Both the position numbers and the translations under genes were made by a program. From Cytophagales bacterium (GTDB lineage: Bacteria > Bacteroidota > Bacteroidia > Cytophagales > JAAEPT01), in NCBI GenBank assembly GCA_024232295.1, contig JAAEPT010000013.1, positions 1-31,162 on the forward strand: 31,162 nt of DNA, read 5' to 3'. Positions 1-9,529 of the stretch are shown here, piece after piece. Positions within the stretch are counted from its first letter, which is position 1. Each line of letters begins with the position of its first letter. Under the pieces are notes generated by a model. That model ran no database searches and was not told the DNA's origin. It saw nothing but the letters and a program-made list of their open reading frames with translations.

Positions 1-26
1 CAACTTTCTGCAAATATTTTTCTTCA

Positions 27-310
27 AAAGCGAATGCAAAGTTAAGAAGTTTTTAAACTTAAAACCAAAAATTATTTTTGATTTTTTTCTTCTTATTTTA
101 TCAATAATTTTTCTTTCAAAAATTATTGATTCGCTTCCTCTCAAAGCGAGTGCAAAGATAAGAGGTTTTTAATTTTAAAACCAAAAATTATTTTTAGTTT
201 TTTTTTAATCAATTTTTTCTTCATCATTTCAAAGAATAAAACTTTTACTTTTAATTCTTTTCACCCCCCTTTCTCTTAAAGGGATTGCAAAGGTAGTACT
301 TTTTATCTGT
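27..310. repeat. Degenerate tandem direct repeat of three units. The conserved cores are 27-88, 143-207 and a partial 278-310 (AAAGCGARTGCAAAG-RTAAGARGTTTTTAAnyTTAAAACCAAAAATTATTTTTRRTTTTTTT); period is about 115-135 bp. Units 2 and 3 are each preceded by a 6-bp inverted repeat (131-136/144-149 and 267-272/278-283).
   Basis: Direct comparison of 27-88 with 143-207 gives about 90 percent identity over about 60 nt. The third copy keeps the AAAGGGATTGCAAAGGTAG core. In units 2 and 3 the hairpin stems differ in sequence but keep complementarity. Confidence 0.6.
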
Positions 311-486
311 AACACAAACTTAAATCAAAAAACTATAATTATTCATAAAAAACAATGATTGATTGACCTTGATAATACACTTATAGAACACTATAAATCA
401 ATATTTAATGATTAGTTAAATATGACAACAAATATTTAGATTTAATTTTGCTTTATCTATTATCACTTCCTTTGTATTTTAGTAAA

Positions 487-1440
487 ATGGCTTCAAAAAG
501 AATAATACATAAAAACATAAAAGTTACATTTCTTCTTATACTATTTCTTTTTCCATTATCTCAGTATGCTCACACATCTCAAAAAAAGATAGTGATTGTA
601 TTAGATCCTGGACATGGAGGGAATGACCCTGGTAAAAGTATCAATGTAAAGACAGGGAAATCTGAGAAAGAACTAAACTTACTTATTTCAAAAAAAGTTG
701 GTAACTACTTAACCAAAAATCTACCTTTTGTAAAAGTAGTCTATACAAGAACTAAGGATCACTACTTATCATTAGACCAGCGGTGTAATATTGCGAATAA
801 AAATAATGCTCAATATTTTGTAAGTATTCATTGTAACTCTAGTCAAAACCGATATGCTTCAGGAACAGAAACACATATACACACAAAGGCTTTTAAAAAG
901 AGCTTAAAGTTGGCTCAATTTATAGAAAAAGAATTTAAAACAAGAGCTAAGCGAAAAAGTAGAGGAATAAAAACAAAAAAAGACCGAAAGCATAACCTAC
1001 AAGTTCTATTAGACACAAAGATGCCTTCTGTATTGATTGAATGCGGATTTCTAACCAACAAAACAGAAGGAAAATATTTGAATTCTAATTATGGACAGGA
1101 AATTATAGCTTCTGCTATTTTCAGAGCAATTCGTTCTATGATATATTATGAATATCCCAAACTAAAAAAAGAGAATCAAAAAGTAGAAAAATCAAATAAG
1201 AAAAAGCGTACTTATTACCGTATCCAATTTATGGCAAGTATAGATCCTATTTCTACGGATGCCAGAGAGTTTACAAAGATCAAACAACCAATAGAACGCA
1301 TTAAAATAGATTACAAGAGTATTTATAAATACAAGTATGTAGTAGGAAAACATATCTCCAAGAAAAAAGCACAAAAAATGCTAAGGCAAATTAAAAAACT
1401 GGGATATAAAGATGCATATATCATCAAAATGGAAATGTAG
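487..1440 (+). CDS. N-acetylmuramoyl-L-alanine amidase (Amidase_3 family) with a C-terminal SPOR domain. The ORF opens at 448, but the signal-peptide-like start is the MASKRII methionine at 487.
   Basis: There is a VLDPGHGGNDPG zinc-amidase motif, plus HCNS and ECGFLTN motifs typical of AmiC-type amidases. An N-terminal signal peptide is present. The C-terminal YYRIQFMAS...KDAYIIK segment resembles a SPOR peptidoglycan-binding domain. Confidence 0.85.
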   Translation: MASKRIIHKNIKVTFLLILFLFPLSQYAHTSQKKIVIVLDPGHGGNDPGKSINVKTGKSEKELNLLISKKVGNYLTKNLPFVKVVYTRTKDHYLSLDQRCNIANKNNAQYFVSIHCNSSQNRYASGTETHIHTKAFKKSLKLAQFIEKEFKTRAKRKSRGIKTKKDRKHNLQVLLDTKMPSVLIECGFLTNKTEGKYLNSNYGQEIIASAIFRAIRSMIYYEYPKLKKENQKVEKSNKKKRTYYRIQFMASIDPISTDAREFTKIKQPIERIKIDYKSIYKYKYVVGKHISKKKAQKMLRQIKKLGYKDAYIIKMEM

Positions 1441-1445
1441 TAGAA

Positions 1446-2603
1446 ATGAAAATAGATTTTATTGAAAAATTAAAACAAAGTATTGAAAATGAAGAATTCA
1501 TTAAATGTACTTTGGGAAAAATAAAAAGTAAAGAAGAACCTAATCTTCAAAACATTTATATAAAGCCTATCAATATTAAGGATGAATATGTTTTGTCATT
1601 CTTATATAGACACAAAACAAAAGATGTCACAAAAAACTTTTCTATTACTGAAGCCATTGACAAAATCTCGAGTTTAATTGGTAATGAAGTACTAAGTGCA
1701 CATTCTTTTTCAACTGAAGAAAATTTAGAGCTTTTATTTAATAAAAAGAGAAAAGCAACACTTCGCAACCTCCCTCCTACTCTAAAAAAAGAAAGTTCTG
1801 AACACAATCGAACAAAAAGGAGATTAATTAGTGCTGAAAATAATATTTACTTAAAAAGATTAGGCGTTGTTTCTTCTAAGAATGAAGTTTATCACAATAA
1901 ACAAGATAAATTTAAACAGATTAATAAATATGTTGAAATTGTAGAAGCACATCTTAAGGATTTAGACCTCTCTCCTAGTATACATATTGTTGACATGGGT
2001 TCTGGAAAAGGGTATTTAACTTTTGCTTTGTATGATTTTTTGAAAAATTCATTAAATTTAGATGTTCATATCACAGGAATAGAGCTCAGAAAAGAGTTAG
2101 TTGACCTTTGTAATGATATTGCAAAAGAGGCTAATTTCACAAATCTTACTTTTAAAGCTCAACTAATAGAAGAATATCAATGTGAACAACTAGATATTTT
2201 AATTGCTTTGCATGCTTGTGACACAGCAACTGATGATGCTATTTTTAAAGGACTTTCTGCTAATGCTTCCTTCATTATGTGTGCTCCTTGTTGCCACAAA
2301 CAAGTTCGTAAACAAATGAATTGTACTACAGAACTACAAGGTATTTTAAAACACAATATTTTTGAAGAAAGGCAAGCAGAAATGGTGACTGATGGAATAC
2401 GTTCATTAGTTTTAGAAGGGTTTGGCTACCAGACACAAGCTTTTGAGTTTATTTCAAATGAACATACAGGGAAAAATGTAATGATTATTGGAAAGAAAAA
2501 CTCAAATGAACATAAAAAAGAAGCTTTTGAACAAATCCAATTAATCAAACGTAATTTCGGAATTGACAAGCACTATTTAGAAACACTAATAGAAAAACTA
2601 TGA
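1446..2603 (+). CDS. Class I SAM-dependent methyltransferase
   Basis: Motif I is IVDMGSGKGYLTFAL (hh-D-h-G-x-G-x-G). A downstream acidic residue (ITGIELR) and LHACD motif follow. The ORF is 385 aa with an N-terminal extension. Its stop overlaps the next start (ATGA at 2600-2603). Confidence 0.8.
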   Translation: MKIDFIEKLKQSIENEEFIKCTLGKIKSKEEPNLQNIYIKPINIKDEYVLSFLYRHKTKDVTKNFSITEAIDKISSLIGNEVLSAHSFSTEENLELLFNKKRKATLRNLPPTLKKESSEHNRTKRRLISAENNIYLKRLGVVSSKNEVYHNKQDKFKQINKYVEIVEAHLKDLDLSPSIHIVDMGSGKGYLTFALYDFLKNSLNLDVHITGIELRKELVDLCNDIAKEANFTNLTFKAQLIEEYQCEQLDILIALHACDTATDDAIFKGLSANASFIMCAPCCHKQVRKQMNCTTELQGILKHNIFEERQAEMVTDGIRSLVLEGFGYQTQAFEFISNEHTGKNVMIIGKKNSNEHKKEAFEQIQLIKRNFGIDKHYLETLIEKL

Positions 2604-3673
2604 TAAAAAATTTAATAACTAAAAAAAGACTTATATATGTAGCTGTATTTCTTGTTTTTGTAGGACTTATTGAAATCCTTATTTATTTTGAAAAACAAGC
2701 AAACGGAAACATTACTTCTCTTGCCGATGGCTTATGGTATGGATTAGTAACCCTTACCACTGTAGGTTATGGAGATTATTCTCCAGTCTCCCCTATGGGT
2801 AGAATTATTGCAATTATCTTTTTATTCGCCAGTTTGGGACTTTTGGGTTTCTTGGTGGGTAATGTAACAAATAAAGTCACAAACTATATGGAAAAGAAAA
2901 AACTAGGACAATTTGGAACAAACTTCAAAAATCACATTCTTCTTATTGGTTGGAATGATTTTGCAAGACAAGTTACAGATGAAATCATCAAAACATCTCA
3001 CCCTGTTGCTATTGTAACAAACAATAAAAATGATATTGATCTAATCAATGATTCCTATGAAGAGAATGATAATGTTTTCTGTATGTTTGCTGACTATCAT
3101 AATCTAGAAGCATTACACAAAGTAAATATTGAAAAGTCTGCTACCGTATTTGTAAATCTTGATGATGATACCGAAGTTTTAGTTTATCTTTTGAATCTGA
3201 AACAACACTTTAGAAAATTACAAATTGTAGTTTCATTAAATAATGCAAACTTAAAAAATACTTTTCTTGAAGCTGGAGTAACTTATGTAGTTTCTAAGAG
3301 TGAAATTGCTTCTAAACTGGTTGCTAGTTTTATCTTTGAGCCAGATGTAGCTACTCTTACAGAAGATATGATGTCAACAGTAAGTGCAGGAAATGGACAA
3401 GACTTTGACATTCAACAATATGAGGTAACAAAAGATAATCCTTTCTTCAGTAAAAATTGTTTTGATACTTTCATGGATTTAAAGCTAAATTATGATAGCA
3501 TTTTACTAGGAATCTCAAAATTTGAAGATAATAAATGGAAGCTTATTAAAAATCCATCAAAAGAAGTGACTGTAGGCTTAGGAGATTACTTAATTCTAAT
3601 GGCAAATGGGGATAATAAACAAAGTTTAGAAAATGATTTTAATGTACCTGAAGGTAAAATCTTAAAAAACTAA
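2600..3673 (+). CDS. Potassium channel protein: two TM helices, a pore loop and a TrkA-N/RCK-like cytoplasmic domain
   Basis: The K+ selectivity filter TLTTVGYGD lies between two hydrophobic helices. It is followed by ILLIGWNDFARQV, a Rossmann-like RCK beginning. Confidence 0.85.
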   Translation: MIKNLITKKRLIYVAVFLVFVGLIEILIYFEKQANGNITSLADGLWYGLVTLTTVGYGDYSPVSPMGRIIAIIFLFASLGLLGFLVGNVTNKVTNYMEKKKLGQFGTNFKNHILLIGWNDFARQVTDEIIKTSHPVAIVTNNKNDIDLINDSYEENDNVFCMFADYHNLEALHKVNIEKSATVFVNLDDDTEVLVYLLNLKQHFRKLQIVVSLNNANLKNTFLEAGVTYVVSKSEIASKLVASFIFEPDVATLTEDMMSTVSAGNGQDFDIQQYEVTKDNPFFSKNCFDTFMDLKLNYDSILLGISKFEDNKWKLIKNPSKEVTVGLGDYLILMANGDNKQSLENDFNVPEGKILKN

Positions 3674-3679
3674 CATAAT

Positions 3680-4426
3680 ATGTTGACAATATTAGGAATC
3701 ATTGTAGCTCTGGCAATTGTATTTGTTGTTAATTTTTTGATCGTCAAAAAAATTGAGGAACAGCCTGATAATCGTTTTCAGAATTCGGTTCTTATTAAAA
3801 ATCCTGAAGAAGTTGCCTTATTATTCCATGATATCAAACATGCTGTAAAAGTGTGTTTGCTGATATTGGAAACAGAGCGATATATTGTTTTTAATACAAG
3901 AAGAACAAAGTTCAAGAAAACAAAAAAAACATTTGAAATAAAAAAATCACCATTAATTCATCTAGTTTATCAAAAAGCTTTTAGATTTCATGGAGAACAA
4001 ATATCTGTTGAAGAGGTAATTGAAAGAATCGAAAAGTTTCAAGGATTTGAGGAGAATTTTTATCATAAACTTCAAGAAAATGGTATCAAAAAACCTTTGA
4101 GGCATTTTGATATGCTTTTCTTTACTAGATTTGTAAGTATATTATTGATTTCAATTATTTGTTTAATAATCCCAACAATCAATAATGTAAATGGATTATA
4201 CTTTCTCTTGTCAATTATCTTGGGGGGTGCAGCAATCTTTTTGATTTTTACACAATTGAAAATTGCTGAGTTGACTGAAGAAGGAGAAGAATATATTCGA
4301 ATGAAGAAAAGAAGTATTAGTAAATCTTTTCCAGATGATCCTAATGTGTATGCTCAATCAATGCATATTGCTAAAGTAGGAGAAAAAGGGTTTATAGAGT
4401 TGCGTAAAAAATATTATTTGACCTAA
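3680..4426 (+). CDS. Hypothetical membrane protein (about 3 TM helices)
   Basis: Intact 248-aa ORF immediately downstream of the channel gene. It has an N-terminal TM, two further TM segments near residues 140-190 and a Lys-rich linker. No motif recognised. Confidence 0.55.
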   Translation: MLTILGIIVALAIVFVVNFLIVKKIEEQPDNRFQNSVLIKNPEEVALLFHDIKHAVKVCLLILETERYIVFNTRRTKFKKTKKTFEIKKSPLIHLVYQKAFRFHGEQISVEEVIERIEKFQGFEENFYHKLQENGIKKPLRHFDMLFFTRFVSILLISIICLIIPTINNVNGLYFLLSIILGGAAIFLIFTQLKIAELTEEGEEYIRMKKRSISKSFPDDPNVYAQSMHIAKVGEKGFIELRKKYYLT

Positions 4427-5952
4427 TGCCAATGCCTCCAATCATTCAAGTAGTACTCTAAAATAACTGGTTTATTTAGAGTACTTATTGTTTTTTCTGG
4501 GACCAAAACATCTTTTTCGAAGTTAAAAATGGAATGTAGAACTTCATTTGTAAGATATTCTGTTTCTACATTTAGTTTTATAGGATTAGGTAAGACTTTA
4601 TTGGTTGCCAAAACCCAACCCCAATCACCAAAAGAAGGAACGTAGGCATGACAAGGATAAGTGTATTCAAAACCACTTGCCTTTACTGTCCTATCAATAC
4701 ACCAAAAAGTATGCTTAGCAAAGTAAACACTTGTTGCTTGTGTCATAAAAACTCCTGTCTCTTTCAATCTCTTTCTCACCAACTTGTAAAATTCTCGACT
4801 ATATAAACGAGCTAATGACGTATTATTAGGATCTGGTAAATCAATGATTATTGCATCATATTTTTTTTCATTTTTCAACAAAAATTGGAAAGCATCTTGG
4901 TGAATTACTTTTACTCGTTCATTTGTTAAACTATTTTGATTGGCTTGTTTGATATAATGATTTTGAGTAGAAATTTGATTTACTAAAGGATCAATATCAA
5001 TAATTGTTAATTCTTTTAACCCCTGATATTTCAACATTTCTCTAGCTCCTAATCCATCTCCTCCTCCTAGCATTAACACTTCTTGACAATCCTGTTTTAC
5101 AGAAAATGGAACATGAACTAAGATTTCATGATAACGATGCTCATCGATTGTAGAAAACTGTAAATTTCCATTCAAAAACATTCGAACATCATTTTTACTT
5201 TTGGTCACTACAATCCTTTGATAAGGGGACTGTTTGGCATATACAATTCTATCTTCATACAAACCTTGCTCCCAAATACGCAACAACTTTTTGGAGAACA
5301 CAAGCATTAGTAATAGAAATACACTAATGACAATACTCCATAGTAAGTATATTTTTCGTTTTCTGGTAGATAGTTTTTTAGCAAAGAAAATAAGGTTCAA
5401 AAAACCTATACCCATATTAATCAACCCAAAAATCAATGAAGATTGAAATGTTCCAAAGAAAGGGAGAAAAATAAAAGGAAAAATTAATGTTGCTAATAAA
5501 GCTCCAAAGTAATCTAGTGTTAATACATTGGATAAGTTTATTTTCAACTTATCATAATCCTCCATAACTCTTGTGAGCAGAGGAACTTCTAAACCTGTAA
5601 GTACACCTATCACTGTAATGAGTAAGAGCATGATAGGATAATAAAAAAACGAGAGGGAGAAAACCCAATAAAGAATAGGAATAGCCAAACCTCCTATAAA
5701 ACCCAAAAGAATTTCTACAAGAATGAATTTAGTTAATAGGTCTGTGTTAATTTTTCGAGAAATTAATGCACCAATACCCATAGCTGCCATATAAACACCT
5801 ATTGTAATGGAAAATTGCTTCACACTATCTCCCATAAAATAAGAAGAGGCTGTGCTAATCAATAACTCATAAATGATAGAACAAAGTCCTGCAATGAAAA
5901 TGGAAAAAATAAGGACAAATTTCTCTTTTTGCTTCTTCTTATTTTCCTGCAT
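4423..5952 (-). CDS. Membrane-anchored polyamine aminopropyltransferase (spermidine synthase-like), paralog 1. It has a multi-TM N-terminal half and a SpeE catalytic C-terminal half. The start is probably the MQENKKK ATG at 5952; the ORF extends to 5979.
   Basis: LMLGGGDGLGAREMLKY is the dcSAM-binding GGGDG motif. TIIDIDP and IIIDLPDPNN are the SpeE acceptor-site D-x-x-DP motif. About 7 hydrophobic helices occupy the first 230 aa. Overall it is collinear with the ORFs at 6885 and 12570. Confidence 0.85.
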   Translation of the reverse strand: MQENKKKQKEKFVLIFSIFIAGLCSIIYELLISTASSYFMGDSVKQFSITIGVYMAAMGIGALISRKINTDLLTKFILVEILLGFIGGLAIPILYWVFSLSFFYYPIMLLLITVIGVLTGLEVPLLTRVMEDYDKLKINLSNVLTLDYFGALLATLIFPFIFLPFFGTFQSSLIFGLINMGIGFLNLIFFAKKLSTRKRKIYLLWSIVISVFLLLMLVFSKKLLRIWEQGLYEDRIVYAKQSPYQRIVVTKSKNDVRMFLNGNLQFSTIDEHRYHEILVHVPFSVKQDCQEVLMLGGGDGLGAREMLKYQGLKELTIIDIDPLVNQISTQNHYIKQANQNSLTNERVKVIHQDAFQFLLKNEKKYDAIIIDLPDPNNTSLARLYSREFYKLVRKRLKETGVFMTQATSVYFAKHTFWCIDRTVKASGFEYTYPCHAYVPSFGDWGWVLATNKVLPNPIKLNVETEYLTNEVLHSIFNFEKDVLVPEKTISTLNKPVILEYYLNDWRHWH

Positions 5953-6196
5953 GTATTCCTCCTCCACGTTGACTACCACCTGTTACACTTCCACTTCTTA
6001 CACTTGGCTCTCCTCTATAATAAGAAACATTTCCTGTTCCATACCAAAATGATGGACCAGATGAATATGTTCTAGTTCCTTGATAATACTCTATATCATA
6101 TCCCTTTAAATAGCCCCAACCTTCTGAAGCATAATAAAACATTACTCCATACAAAAGAAGTAATATTGAAACTGTTGCAATTGAATATTTTAACAT
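5939..6196 (-). CDS. Small membrane-anchored Tyr/Gly/Ser-rich protein (85 aa). It resembles the C-terminal tail of the lipoprotein at 12643-13389.
   Basis: It has an N-terminal TM helix (SILLLLYGVMFYY) and then a low-complexity Y/G/S/R segment ending GGGIHAGK. Its stop overlaps the SpeE-like start by 14-41 nt. It is directly downstream of the 6199-6765 ORF with a 2-nt gap. Confidence 0.5.
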   Translation of the reverse strand: MLKYSIATVSILLLLYGVMFYYASEGWGYLKGYDIEYYQGTRTYSSGPSFWYGTGNVSYYRGEPSVRSGSVTGGSQRGGGIHAGK

Positions 6197-6198
6197 GA

Positions 6199-6765
6199 TT
6201 AATTTTCTTCTGTGTTAAACAATGAATCTTTATAAATAATAAGTATTGATATGATACTAATGATAAGTGAAGAGACACCCACCATAAGGAAAATCAAAGG
6301 ACTTCCTGACCTTTTGTATAAATGAACATAAAAAGGATAAGCACTTCCACTTTTTGTTTCAACACATTTAATTTCTAAACTTGTTTTACCTTCTGGAAGA
6401 ACAAAATCATACTCTAATTTCCTATCATCTTCTGCCCAATAATATCCTTCATCATAACCTGACTCTTTCCACAATTCTTTCCCTAAAGAAAATAAAGTAG
6501 TTTCATTTTCATCTTCTGCACTCACCTCCAAAAACACCCATTGGTTATTTTCTATATCAGAACGAATTTGCAAATTATAAACTCCTTGCTCCAAAGAATC
6601 CATTACCAAAATACCATCTTGTGATGATGATTTTTCAGTTATATGACTTTCAGAAAGAAAAAAAGAAGTGGAAATAAGACACAATATTCCAAATGCAAAT
6701 ACAATTACTGTGGTATTTTTCCACAACTTTTCAATATTGATAAATTTATCCTCAAAAAATGGCAT
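6199..6765 (-). CDS. Hypothetical bitopic membrane protein (188 aa); possible distant paralog of the 13406-13960 product
   Basis: It has an N-terminal MPFFEDKFINIEK, TM helices near residues 18-40 and 160-180, and an acidic middle part (GVYNLQIRSD...YDEGYYWAEDD). It is the first gene of a minus-strand three-gene cassette. Confidence 0.6.
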   Translation of the reverse strand: MPFFEDKFINIEKLWKNTTVIVFAFGILCLISTSFFLSESHITEKSSSQDGILVMDSLEQGVYNLQIRSDIENNQWVFLEVSAEDENETTLFSLGKELWKESGYDEGYYWAEDDRKLEYDFVLPEGKTSLEIKCVETKSGSAYPFYVHLYKRSGSPLIFLMVGVSSLIISIISILIIYKDSLFNTEEN

Positions 6766-6843
6766 AATCTCTTATTTGATAAAGCTTTCACTATTATTTG
6801 TTCGAATTTAAAAAAATTAGATGATATTTATCTATCAAACCCT

Positions 6844-6851
6844 ATTTTTGA
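6844..6851 (+). promoter_or_regulatory. Candidate Bacteroidetes-type -7 promoter box TATTTTTG for the 6885 operon
   Basis: It matches the TAnnTTTG -7 consensus of Bacteroidetes sigma-A promoters, about 34 nt upstream of ATG 6885. No clear -33 TTTG was seen. Confidence 0.25.
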
Positions 6852-6884
6852 AAGAATTTTATCTGATTGTTTAACTTTTAGTTT

Positions 6885-8414
6885 ATGTCAAAAAAGAAAT
6901 ATTCTACCATTGTAATGGCTTCTCTCTTCGCAACAGGTCTTGCAGGGATTGTTGCAGAATATATATTAGCCACTTTAGCCACTTATTTTCTTGGGAATGC
7001 AGTATTACAATGGACTATGATTTTGTCTGTAATGTTGTTTTCAATGGGCTTGGGGAGTAGAATTAGTAGATATTTCAATAAAAATCTACTAGAGAAACTT
7101 GTTATCATTGAATTTGTACTAAGTGTACTTGCTTCTATTTGCACCCTAAGTACTTATGGAATGATGGCTGTGACAGAATCAATTGGGGTAATTATTTATG
7201 GATTTAGCATTGCTATTGGTTTGTTAATTGGAATGGAAATTCCTTTGGCTACACGTGTTAATAGTGATTATGAAGAGTTAAGGGTCAATATTGCCTCTGT
7301 CATGGAAAAGGACTATTATGGTAGCTTATTAGGAGGTGTATTTTTTGCCTTTGTTGGACTTCCTTTCTTTGGCTTGACTTATACTCCATTTATCTTAGGT
7401 TGTATCAACTTTGCAGTAGCAATAGTTCTTTTTATTCAACTAAAATCATTAATTAAGGTTGAGTTTCAAAAGAAGTTAATTGGTGGAGCTATTGGTGTAG
7501 GATTGATTATTGGAATAAGTTTATACTTTGCCCCTTCTATTGTCTTGTTTGGAGAACAAAGTCGATATGAGGATAAAATCATTTATGAAGAACAAACTCC
7601 TTATCAATTGATTAAAATCACTGAACGAAACAATATTCATCGTCTTATCATTAATGATGACCAACAACTAAATACTTCTGATGAATATTTGTATCATGAA
7701 CCATTGGTACACCCAGTAATGAAACTGACCAATACTCCAAAACATGTATTGATTCTTGGTGCTGGTGATGGTTGTGCAGTAAGAGAGGTTTTGAAATATC
7801 CTTCAGTAGAAAAGATAACATTGGTAGATTTAGACCCTGCAATGACTCGTTTGGCTTCTAGTAATCCAATTTTTACAGAGCTTAATAAGAATGCTTTCCA
7901 AAATCAAAAGGTGAATATTGTTCATGCTGATGCCTTCAATTATTTAGAAGATAATGAAGTTTATTTTGATGTAATGATTATTGACTTTCCAGACCCAAAA
8001 ACAGTAGATTTGAATCGTTTGTACACCCATGAGTTTTATAAGCTTTGTGCAAAAAGATTAAGATCTCATGGAGCAATTATTACACAAGCCATTAGTCCTT
8101 ACTTTACACCAAGTGCTTTTCAGTGTGTAGAAAGAACAGTAAAACATGCAGGTTTTCATACATTACCTATTCACAACCATGTAATGTCTTTTGGGGAATG
8201 GGGTTGGATTATTGGTTCTAAGAAAATAACAAGTCCATTACTCAAAGAGCGTTTACAAGCTATGCAGTTTGATAAGGTGGAAACAAAATGGCTAACACAT
8301 GATGCCATGTCATTAATTACTTCTTTTGGAAAAGACATTATCAAACTTGATTCAATTGAAGTGAACTCAATTCATAACCCAATATTATATCGCTATTACG
8401 AAAGAGGTCAATAA
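6885..8414 (+). CDS. Membrane-anchored polyamine aminopropyltransferase (spermidine synthase-like), paralog 2
   Basis: LILGAGDGCAVREVLKY, TLVDLDP and IIDFPDPKT are SpeE motifs. The N-terminal half is multi-TM. It is very similar to the 11035-12570 product (for example FATGLAGIVAEYILATLATYFLGN versus FATGFAGIVAEYTLSTLASYFLGN). The TAATG overlap with the next gene lies at 8412-8416. Confidence 0.85.
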   Translation: MSKKKYSTIVMASLFATGLAGIVAEYILATLATYFLGNAVLQWTMILSVMLFSMGLGSRISRYFNKNLLEKLVIIEFVLSVLASICTLSTYGMMAVTESIGVIIYGFSIAIGLLIGMEIPLATRVNSDYEELRVNIASVMEKDYYGSLLGGVFFAFVGLPFFGLTYTPFILGCINFAVAIVLFIQLKSLIKVEFQKKLIGGAIGVGLIIGISLYFAPSIVLFGEQSRYEDKIIYEEQTPYQLIKITERNNIHRLIINDDQQLNTSDEYLYHEPLVHPVMKLTNTPKHVLILGAGDGCAVREVLKYPSVEKITLVDLDPAMTRLASSNPIFTELNKNAFQNQKVNIVHADAFNYLEDNEVYFDVMIIDFPDPKTVDLNRLYTHEFYKLCAKRLRSHGAIITQAISPYFTPSAFQCVERTVKHAGFHTLPIHNHVMSFGEWGWIIGSKKITSPLLKERLQAMQFDKVETKWLTHDAMSLITSFGKDIIKLDSIEVNSIHNPILYRYYERGQ

Positions 8415-9529
8415 TGAAAAATCAGTGGTTATTTTCTCGAAAAATTGATTTGTTATGGTTGGGCTTACCTGTTTGGCTTTCTTGGGTCTTTTGTTTTTTA
8501 CTTCCACAAGAAATTCACCAATTCAAAATGCCTATTTGGGCTTGGGCAATCTTTATTTTGGGAATAGATGTAAGTCATGTTTGGAGTACCATTTGGAGAA
8601 CTTACTTTGACAAACAAGAATTTAAAAGTCATAAAAAAACACTTATTCTTGCTCCTATTTGTGCTTTTGTAGGCATTATGTTAATTACACAAGTTTCAAC
8701 CTTCTTCTTTTGGAGGATCCTTGCTTACATTGCTTTATTCCACTTTATCAAGCAACAATATGGCTTCTTTGCCCTTTATCGAGCAAAATATAAACACAAG
8801 ATTAATCATCGTTTCTTAAAGGATAAATTTGTCATCTACTTTTCCATGCTCTACCCTGTTTTTCATTGGCACTTAAATGGAAATCGTTTGTTTAATTGGT
8901 TTATTAATGGGGACTTTGTCACACTCAAAAGTTATCTATTACAATTAGGACTTACAGAATCTTTCTTTATTTACTTTAATGGAATTGCCAATACAATTTA
9001 CTGGCTAATATTGATAATTTGGTTAATTGAAGAAATCTATCAATGTAAAAAGCACAAACTAGAACTTCCTTTTGGTAAAATCATTTGGTTATTCGGTACA
9101 GGGATGAATTGGTATTTAGGTATTGTATATTTCAATTCTGACATTGCATTTTCAGTCACAAATGTAGTTGCACATGGTATTCCATATTGTATTTTAGTAT
9201 TTATCTATGTTGAAAAGAAAAAAGAACTTGTACAACAAAAAAGTTTCACTATACCTAAGTGGGTTCTACATATTTCAATGATGCTAATTGCCATTTTAAT
9301 TTTTGCATTTGTAGAAGAATATTTTTGGGATTTATTTTTATGGAGAGAAAAAACAGCCTTTTTTGGTACAATTCTCCATTATCCAACACAAGTCATCAAA
9401 GACCCTCTAGGACAACGATTAGTCATTGCATTACTTTCTATTCCACAAGTTACTCATTACATCATTGATGGCTTTATTTGGAAGAATAATGATAAGAACC
9501 CATTCCTAAAACCTGTACTCTTTTCATGA
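8414..9529 (+). CDS. Polytopic integral membrane protein (371 aa, about 9 TM helices), function unknown
   Basis: Aromatic-rich hydrophobic helices run throughout. It is translationally coupled to both neighbours (TAATG at 8412-8416, ATGA at 9526-9529). Confidence 0.65.
   Translation: MKNQWLFSRKIDLLWLGLPVWLSWVFCFLLPQEIHQFKMPIWAWAIFILGIDVSHVWSTIWRTYFDKQEFKSHKKTLILAPICAFVGIMLITQVSTFFFWRILAYIALFHFIKQQYGFFALYRAKYKHKINHRFLKDKFVIYFSMLYPVFHWHLNGNRLFNWFINGDFVTLKSYLLQLGLTESFFIYFNGIANTIYWLILIIWLIEEIYQCKKHKLELPFGKIIWLFGTGMNWYLGIVYFNSDIAFSVTNVVAHGIPYCILVFIYVEKKKELVQQKSFTIPKWVLHISMMLIAILIFAFVEEYFWDLFLWREKTAFFGTILHYPTQVIKDPLGQRLVIALLSIPQVTHYIIDGFIWKNNDKNPFLKPVLFS

Noticed and set aside
27-310. Possibility that the left-edge repeat is a CRISPR array
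   Set aside because: Unit length (~115-135 bp) and a ~60-nt conserved core with ~60-nt variable part do not fit CRISPR repeat/spacer geometry (28-37 nt repeats). The repeats are degenerate and no cas genes are nearby.
1192-1807. Antisense ORFs 1192-1374 and 1556-1807
   Set aside because: They are fully inside the amidase and methyltransferase genes on the opposite strand, with no independent support.
5234-5446. 70-aa plus-strand ORF antisense within SpeE-like paralog 1
   Set aside because: It is antisense to a well-supported 510-aa gene. It has no start context or recognisable features.
6096-6278. 60-aa minus-strand ORF spanning the junction of 5939-6196 and 6199-6765
   Set aside because: It is out of frame with, and entirely overlapped by, two adjacent longer ORFs that have membrane-protein features. 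Most likely a frame artefact.
6643-6915. 90-aa plus-strand ORF overlapping the 5' end of 6199-6765 and the start of SpeE-2
   Set aside because: It spans a divergent promoter region and overlaps two supported genes. Its Lys-rich translation is typical of AT-rich noncoding sequence.
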